DNA of 64,000 bases from Candidatus Aphodoplasma sp. Lineage in GTDB: Bacteria; Bacillota; Clostridia; UBA1381; UMGS1253. The position numbers and the translations under genes were made by a program. The notes beneath the pieces are model-generated. The model was not told the DNA's origin. It was given only the letters and a program-made list of their open reading frames with translations, and searched no databases. Where the stretch lies: positions 956 through 64,955 of the forward strand of contig JAZUQZ010000026.1 of NCBI GenBank assembly GCA_045626925.1. The letters run 5' to 3'. Positions 58,500 to 64,000 of the stretch are shown here, in pieces (the first letter of the stretch is position 1; each line of letters starts with the position of its first letter).

Positions 58500-58649
58500 A
58501 TCAATACCTCGCATTAAAATTTTTATGTTTTATTGTCATATTTTCATTATAACATATAAATAAAACTTTTTGTAGCAAAAAATATATTTTTATGATATAA
58601 TTTATTTAACAATTCTTTTACATAATAAAATACAAAGGTCGGTGATAGA

Positions 58650-59351
58650 GTGCAAAATTATAATCAAATAATTTCACAAAAGCTTACCTCGCTTGGTATA
58701 AATGAGTTTGGTTTTGCAAATATTGAAAAAATTGATAAAGAGCGCGCAAAAAAACTGCCGTATGCAATAAGCATAGTTGTCCCTTTGTCTAATTATATTA
58801 TAGATGAGATTGATAAATCACCTACATTTGCATATTTTCAGCATTATCGCACGGTCAATGCGTTCATAGACTCGGTATTGTTACAGCTTGGCATTTTAAT
58901 TGCAGAGAATGGATATAGTTATCTTCCGATTGCAGCGTCACAGTCTATACCATCAAATAAAATGCCATATTCCGCACTTATAAGCCACAAAGCGGTGGCA
59001 AGAACGGCAGGCCTTGGCAATATAGGGAAAAGTGCGTTGTTTTTATCAAAAAAATATGGTCCAAGGGTAAGACTTGGAACACTTCTTACAGATATGCCGC
59101 TTTGGTGTAATGATGAGAAAGTGGTAGATGATGTATGCGGCTCTTGCAACATATGCAAAACAAGCTGTCCCGCTATGGCGATAAATGGCGAAGCGTATAG
59201 AGAGGGTACTGCTCGTGAGGAGATTATTGATGCAGGCGCATGTAGTGAGTATATGAAAAAACAATTTCAACACATTGGTCGCGGTGTAGTGTGTGGCATA
59301 TGCATGAGGGTGTGCCCATATCGCGGGGAGGAAAACAAAAATGTCAAATAA
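58650..59351 (+). CDS. QueG-related 4Fe-4S protein (short epoxyqueuosine-reductase-like)
   Basis: Ferredoxin motifs CGSCNICKTSCP and CGICMRVCP follow a QueG-like N-terminal region. The start is GTG. Confidence 0.6.
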   Translation: MQNYNQIISQKLTSLGINEFGFANIEKIDKERAKKLPYAISIVVPLSNYIIDEIDKSPTFAYFQHYRTVNAFIDSVLLQLGILIAENGYSYLPIAASQSIPSNKMPYSALISHKAVARTAGLGNIGKSALFLSKKYGPRVRLGTLLTDMPLWCNDEKVVDDVCGSCNICKTSCPAMAINGEAYREGTAREEIIDAGACSEYMKKQFQHIGRGVVCGICMRVCPYRGEENKNVK

Positions 59352-59970
59352 AGATGAGATAAAGGATATGCTTGCATATGAAAACACTTTATATGAACAA
59401 GGCTATAAATATATTGCAGGTATCGACGAAGCGGGTCGCGGGCCACTTGCGGGCAGTGTGTATGCTGCTGCAGTAATTCTCCCAAAAGGGTGCGAGATTG
59501 AGGGGCTTCGTGACTCGAAAAAGCTTTCAGAAAAAAAGCGTGAGATGCTTTTTGATGTTATAATTGAAAAGGCACTTGCATATGGGATATGCGCTATTGA
59601 TAGTGACAGAATAGATGAAATAAATATACTTGAGGCAACATTTGAGGCGATGCGCGGGGCGTTTGATGCGCTTGGAATAAAGCCTGATTTTGTTATGGTG
59701 GACGGCAACAGGATTAAGGGATTTGACGATGTAGAGCATGCAACGCTTATTGGTGGCGATGACTTATCGTTATCTATTGCGGCGGCGTCTGTACTTGCAA
59801 AGGTAAGTCGTGATAGGTATATGCTTGAAATGGCAAAAAAATATCCTGAATATGAATTTGAGGCACATAAAGCATATGGAACTGCGCGTCACCGCGAGCT
59901 TATTGCAAAATATGGTCCGTGTCCGATACACAGAAAAAGCTTTAAAGGTGTAAAGGAGTATGTTAAATGA
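59341..59970 (+). CDS. rnhB: Ribonuclease HII
   Basis: Motifs GIDEAGRGPLAGSV, DSKKLS and ASVLAKVSRD are present. Confidence 0.95.
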   Translation: MSNKDEIKDMLAYENTLYEQGYKYIAGIDEAGRGPLAGSVYAAAVILPKGCEIEGLRDSKKLSEKKREMLFDVIIEKALAYGICAIDSDRIDEINILEATFEAMRGAFDALGIKPDFVMVDGNRIKGFDDVEHATLIGGDDLSLSIAAASVLAKVSRDRYMLEMAKKYPEYEFEAHKAYGTARHRELIAKYGPCPIHRKSFKGVKEYVK

Positions 59971-60338
59971 CAACGAAACAGATTGGCGACATATGCGAAA
60001 AATATGCGGGAGAGCATCTTGAAAAACAAGGGATGAAAATTCTTGATACAAACTTTTATTGTCGCGAGGGAGAACTTGACATTGTTGCGCGCGATGAGGA
60101 ATATATTGTATTTGTAGAGGTCAAGGCGCGTAAAAATACGACCTTTGGCGCACCGTGTGAAGCAGTAACATTGTCAAAACAACGCCGACTCATATTGGCA
60201 GCGCAAAAGTACCTTATGCAAAGTGAACTTGAAACGGCAGTTCGATTTGATATTGTTGAGATTTTGTATAAATTGCAAGACAACAAGGTACAAATTAAAA
60301 ATATAAATCATATAAAGGGAGCATTTGAGGAGATTTAA
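59967..60338 (+). CDS. YraN-family (UPF0102) endonuclease-like protein
   Basis: The sequence GELDIVARD....VFVEVKAR is present. The canonical position after rnhB and the 4-nt overlap also support the call. Confidence 0.88.
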   Translation: MTTKQIGDICEKYAGEHLEKQGMKILDTNFYCREGELDIVARDEEYIVFVEVKARKNTTFGAPCEAVTLSKQRRLILAAQKYLMQSELETAVRFDIVEILYKLQDNKVQIKNINHIKGAFEEI

Positions 60339-60344
60339 ACTGTT

Positions 60345-61289
60345 ATGAGGTTCGATTATAAAATAATTGATGCACATTGCGATACGATAGGAGAGATGAA
60401 TACAAAAACAATACTGAAAAAGAGCAATGGGCATCTTGATATTGAACGCATGAAAATGTATCAAAATTATTTACAGGTTTTTGCCGTATGGACAGATGCA
60501 ACAAATGGCGCAGACAAGCAAAAGCATCAGCAAAAAATAATTATAGACCGTTTTTATGATGAGATAAATAAAAATGCTGATGCGATTGTACATATTACAA
60601 GCAAAGAACAAATCTATCTTGCATGGCAACAAAATAAAATCGCAGCATTGCTTTCGATAGAGGGAGCGGACTGTGTAAGCAAGATAGAACATATCGACGA
60701 ACTATACAAAATGGGTGTGCGATGCATTACTCTTACATGGAATGGTTCAAATTATATTGCAAGTGGCGTCGGTGATGAAAAAGCCGATTTTGGACTTACA
60801 GTATTTGGCAAAGAGGCTGTTAAAAAAATGAATGAGCTCGGGATATTAGTTGATGTATCGCACCTATCAGAGCGTGGCTTTTGGGATGTTTTATCAGTGA
60901 CAAATGCACCGATTAGTGCAACTCATTCAAATTCAAAAACAATTTGTGCGCACAGACGCAATTTGACCGATGAACAATTTGATGCGATTTGTAAAAATGG
61001 TGGCGTTGTGGGAATAAATTATTATCCGCTATTTGTAAATGGAACAGATAAGGCGTCTATTGATGATATTATAAAGCATATCGAGCATTTTTGTGCTCTT
61101 GGTGGCGAGGAGCATATTGGACTTGGCAGTGATTTTGATGGGGTAGAGGTGTTGCCATATGATTTGTGCGGCGTAGAAGATGTATATAAACTACTTGACA
61201 GACTTTTGTCGCTAAATTATAGCGAGCAATTTATTAAAAATTTTTCACGAGAAAATTTTATGCGCCTATTTAATAGTGTTTTAAAATAA
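60345..61289 (+). CDS. Membrane-dipeptidase family (M19) dipeptidase
   Basis: Motifs IDAHCDT, LTWN, VDVSHLS and GLGSDFDG are present. Confidence 0.88.
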   Translation: MRFDYKIIDAHCDTIGEMNTKTILKKSNGHLDIERMKMYQNYLQVFAVWTDATNGADKQKHQQKIIIDRFYDEINKNADAIVHITSKEQIYLAWQQNKIAALLSIEGADCVSKIEHIDELYKMGVRCITLTWNGSNYIASGVGDEKADFGLTVFGKEAVKKMNELGILVDVSHLSERGFWDVLSVTNAPISATHSNSKTICAHRRNLTDEQFDAICKNGGVVGINYYPLFVNGTDKASIDDIIKHIEHFCALGGEEHIGLGSDFDGVEVLPYDLCGVEDVYKLLDRLLSLNYSEQFIKNFSRENFMRLFNSVLK

Positions 61290-61339
61290 AGGGAACAAAA
61301 GCATACAAAACGCGTCATATATTATAAGAGGTGATACAT

Positions 61340-62632
61340 ATGAAAAAAATAATATCTATAATTGTTTTTACAATACTTTTATTAAATATGTGTCCAGGGG
61401 CACTTGCTACATCTTTTTTGGATGTAGGAGATGAGTTTTCGTGGGCGACAAAATCTATTGAAAAGTTTTATAAAAACAATATTATAGTTGGTGTCGGAGA
61501 GGGTAGGTTTGCGCCCGAAAGAAGTGTTACACGCGCCGAATTTGCAAAGATGCTTGCACTTACATTTGATATAGAAAAGAAAGATGAAATAGCCTATAAG
61601 GATGTTGATAAAAATAGCTGGAAATATGAATATATTTGTATGGTAGATGCATATACAGTTTTACCAAACACCCTTGATAACAGCTATTCAAAAGATGTGT
61701 ATCTTCCTGATAAAAATGCGTCCCGACAAGAGATTGTGGCTGCAATAGCGTCTGTTATAGGTATAGAAAAAATAAATATGAACGACTATCTTGAAGAAAA
61801 TTTCAAAGATGCTTCGAGTGTGAGCCGCAAAATATACGCTCTTGTAAATTGTGCGGCAAAAGAAGGCCTGATTTTAGGATATGAGGACTCCACACTTCGA
61901 CCGAAAGGCGATGTAACGCGTGCTGAGGCAGTCGTATTGCTTGATCGTGCGTTAGAATATAAAAAGGCAAATGATGAGATAAAAACACCTGCACCAACCA
62001 ATTCGCCAAAACCGGTCAAAGACATAACAAGTGTTGTAAGCGTGTCACAAATGCTTGATAAAAATGAAAAGTGTTATGCACTTTACTATGCTTTTGGCGG
62101 TGTTTATCAAGAAAACCCCCTTATTGTCAAAGAGAGTGTTGCAGTAGGCGGGCTGAAGACAAAAATAGAGGATATTGAATGTGGAGATGTTATTGTATAT
62201 GGTGTTGATATAAATAAAAAGGTTGAGAGTATAAGAGTCGTTTATTCTCCGTCAGATACCGCGCCATCAAGCAGCCTTGCGCTTAATGAAATAATAGCTC
62301 CGTCATCAAATATGAATTGGGGAAATTATAGTTCAAACGCGCGAACAAAGCTTTGTTTTGGCAAAATTGAATCGTTAAAGAATATGGAAAAAGGCATAGT
62401 TCTTACGCTAAACTTTAATGGCGACAAAACCCAGGCGATGCTTTTGCCATATACTGACGGGGCAAGGCTTTGGGTATATAAGCCGTATATAAATATGCAG
62501 GAAAAACGCTTTAATCAAATTGAACTAAGCGATATAGAAGATGGCGGATACAAAATAAATAAGGATTATGTTTTTGCAAAGTTGTATGATGATGTAGTAA
62601 CTGATGTAATGATTATTGATTATTATAGATAA
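61340..62632 (+). CDS. SLH-domain cell-surface protein
   Basis: A signal peptide and three SLH repeats are present (F.DV....WA...I......GRF.P...VTRAEFAKML and similar). The ATG at 61340 follows a GAGGTGA RBS. Confidence 0.85.
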   Translation: MKKIISIIVFTILLLNMCPGALATSFLDVGDEFSWATKSIEKFYKNNIIVGVGEGRFAPERSVTRAEFAKMLALTFDIEKKDEIAYKDVDKNSWKYEYICMVDAYTVLPNTLDNSYSKDVYLPDKNASRQEIVAAIASVIGIEKINMNDYLEENFKDASSVSRKIYALVNCAAKEGLILGYEDSTLRPKGDVTRAEAVVLLDRALEYKKANDEIKTPAPTNSPKPVKDITSVVSVSQMLDKNEKCYALYYAFGGVYQENPLIVKESVAVGGLKTKIEDIECGDVIVYGVDINKKVESIRVVYSPSDTAPSSSLALNEIIAPSSNMNWGNYSSNARTKLCFGKIESLKNMEKGIVLTLNFNGDKTQAMLLPYTDGARLWVYKPYINMQEKRFNQIELSDIEDGGYKINKDYVFAKLYDDVVTDVMIIDYYR

Positions 62633-62633
62633 C

Positions 62634-62663
62634 AAAAAAGGTATGGCGCTTGCCATACCTTTT
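62634..62663. terminator. Bidirectional terminator (SLH gene / prfA)
   Basis: The stem is AAAAAGGTATGGC-gctt-GCCATACCTTTT. Confidence 0.65.
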
Positions 62664-62673
62664 AAATATAATG

Positions 62674-63747
62674 TTAATTTTGTGCATTTGCTTTAAGCTT
62701 TTCACTTTGGTCTGCTGTGTTTAAAGCGTCAATCATCTCGTCTAAATCACCATTTAATACTGCATCAAGTCTGTGGAGTGTAAGACCTATACGATGGTCT
62801 GTAACGCGCCCTTGTGGAAAATTGTATGTTCTGATTCTTTCACTTCTGTCGCCTGTACCAACCTGACTTTTTCTGTTTTGAGCAATTTCTTCATGTTGTT
62901 GGGAGCTTATAAGGTCGTACAAACGCGAGCGGAGAATTTTCATCGCTTTATCTTTGTTTTTGTGCTGTGATTTTTCATCCTGACACGATACAACAAGTCC
63001 TGTCGGCATGTGAGTGATTCTGACTGCAGAGTCTGTTGTATTTACACATTGACCACCCGGACCGCCGGCTCTGAAAACATCGATTCGAAGGTCATTTTGG
63101 TTGATTTCAACTTCAACATCTTCAACCTCCGGCAAAACTGCTACCGTAACTGTCGAAGTGTGTATACGACCGCTTGATTCTGTTGAAGGAACGCGTTGCA
63201 CTCTGTGCACACCGCTTTCAAACTTTAGTCTGCTATATGCGCCTTGACCCATAAGCATAAAGGATACTTCTTTATATCCGCCAATGTCTGTTTCGTTCGA
63301 GTTCATTATATCAATTTTCCAATTGTGAGTTTCTGCATACATGCTATACATGCGCATCAAATCAGCAGCAAAAAGAGCCGCCTCGTCGCCACCAGCACCG
63401 CCACGGATTTCTATAATAACATTTTTATCATCGTTCGGGTCCTTTGGAAGAAGAAGCACAGTAAGCTCGTTTTTGCACCGTTCGATATCTTCTTCGGCCT
63501 GAACAAGTTCCAAACGAAGCATCTCCTCAAAATCTTTATCGTTATTTTCTTTCAAAAGCTCTTCTGCTTCATTAACAGTATCAACGGCTTTTTTATATTC
63601 GCGATATTTTTCAACAATTGGCGTTATATCAGAATGCTCTTTGCAAAGCTTTGTCCATGATGAATTGTCGGCGATTACCTCCGGGTCGCTTATTTTTTTG
63701 CTCAATTCTTCATAACGATCTTCTATAAATGATAGTTTGTCAAACAT
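62674..63747 (-). CDS. prfA: Peptide chain release factor 1
   Basis: The GGQ motif ([18 protein letters not shown]) and a PxT-type tripeptide (PST) are present. There is no frameshift site of the kind found in prfB. Confidence 0.97.
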   Translation of the reverse strand: MFDKLSFIEDRYEELSKKISDPEVIADNSSWTKLCKEHSDITPIVEKYREYKKAVDTVNEAEELLKENNDKDFEEMLRLELVQAEEDIERCKNELTVLLLPKDPNDDKNVIIEIRGGAGGDEAALFAADLMRMYSMYAETHNWKIDIMNSNETDIGGYKEVSFMLMGQGAYSRLKFESGVHRVQRVPSTESSGRIHTSTVTVAVLPEVEDVEVEINQNDLRIDVFRAGGPGGQCVNTTDSAVRITHMPTGLVVSCQDEKSQHKNKDKAMKILRSRLYDLISSQQHEEIAQNRKSQVGTGDRSERIRTYNFPQGRVTDHRIGLTLHRLDAVLNGDLDEMIDALNTADQSEKLKANAQN

Positions 63748-63784
63748 TTATGATTCCTTTCCGTCCACATAGGGCACCACAAGC

Positions 63785-64000
63785 TTATATATATTCACGC
63801 TCAACCGAGCTGTCAATCAAAATAGGATTACACTCAAGATACACAGCATCTCCAACATTTGCATCAACATTTGAAATGTCTGCAATTATATTAAACATAC
63901 TTACGCGTCCGAGAATGCGACACTTTTTGTCTTTAATTGTAACATATGTCGCATTATTTTTAAAAAGTGCGCGTATGTCGTTATAAATATAGCGTAGAAT
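63785..64000 (-). CDS. 3' end of a gene truncated by the window edge; C-terminal domain resembles fold-type III PLP (alanine-racemase-like) enzymes
   Basis: My own minus-strand translation reads ...KCRILGRVSMFNIIADISNVDANVGDAVYLECNPILIDSSVEREYI*. GRVSM is similar to the Alr GRVCMD segment. This frame is not in the ORF track because it has no start inside the window. Confidence 0.45.
   Translation of the reverse strand: MLRYIYNDIRALFKNNATYVTIKDKKCRILGRVSMFNIIADISNVDANVGDAVYLECNPILIDSSVEREYI

Noticed and set aside
1-64000. I searched the whole window for CRISPR arrays, tRNA/rRNA/tmRNA genes, IS elements, integrases, phage genes, toxin-antitoxin pairs and known defence-system genes.
   Set aside because: No spaced direct repeats are visible. 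No intergenic region has tRNA-like GC content or arms. No transposase, recombinase or reverse-transcriptase-like ORFs appear in the six-frame track. The only nuclease-like genes (rnhB, yraN, rnr) are in canonical housekeeping contexts.

Overview
This is a densely coding chromosomal segment from a low-GC, spore-forming Firmicute, probably a Clostridia-type anaerobe. That call rests on spoVAC, ytfI/ytfJ, a SpoIVFB-like protease, an SLH protein and bacterial microcompartment (BMC) genes. Most of the window is core housekeeping. It holds the rimP-nusA-rnpM-ylxQ-infB-rbfA-nrnA-truB-ribF block, followed directly by glmU-pth-mfd-prsA. It also holds cca, valS, scpAB, a RodA-like SEDS protein, rnr, rnhB-yraN and prfA. 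I found no rRNA, tRNA, CRISPR array, transposase, integrase, phage gene or recognisable defence system, and no riboswitch or T-box. The less ordinary parts are listed below. (1) The left edge (1-3439) is the 3' end of a BMC/metabolosome locus: an aldehyde dehydrogenase, a Cys-free tandem BMC-T shell protein and PduL. Its last gene is an FBA-type class II aldolase with a C-terminal extension that looks like an encapsulation peptide. (2) A minus-strand five-gene sugar operon (38293-43392) combines uxuA and a YjmF-type reductase with a RhaB-like kinase, a xylose-isomerase-fold enzyme and a HAD hydrolase. No canonical uxaC, kdgK, kdgA or rha partner is adjacent. (3) An intact amidohydrolase lies next to a paralog that has lost every metal ligand, behind a COG2509 flavoprotein. 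(4) A small single-pass membrane protein is translationally coupled to a SpoIVFB-like M50 protease. (5) valS is preceded by a tiny two-TM ORF instead of a T-box. (6) A promoter plus an 18-codon micro-ORF and an attenuator-like hairpin lie in the long rimP leader. No single unmistakable novel system is visible by eye. The BMC edge is my best candidate, but it is truncated by the window. All family calls come from motif and sequence recognition in the supplied translations, not from database searches.
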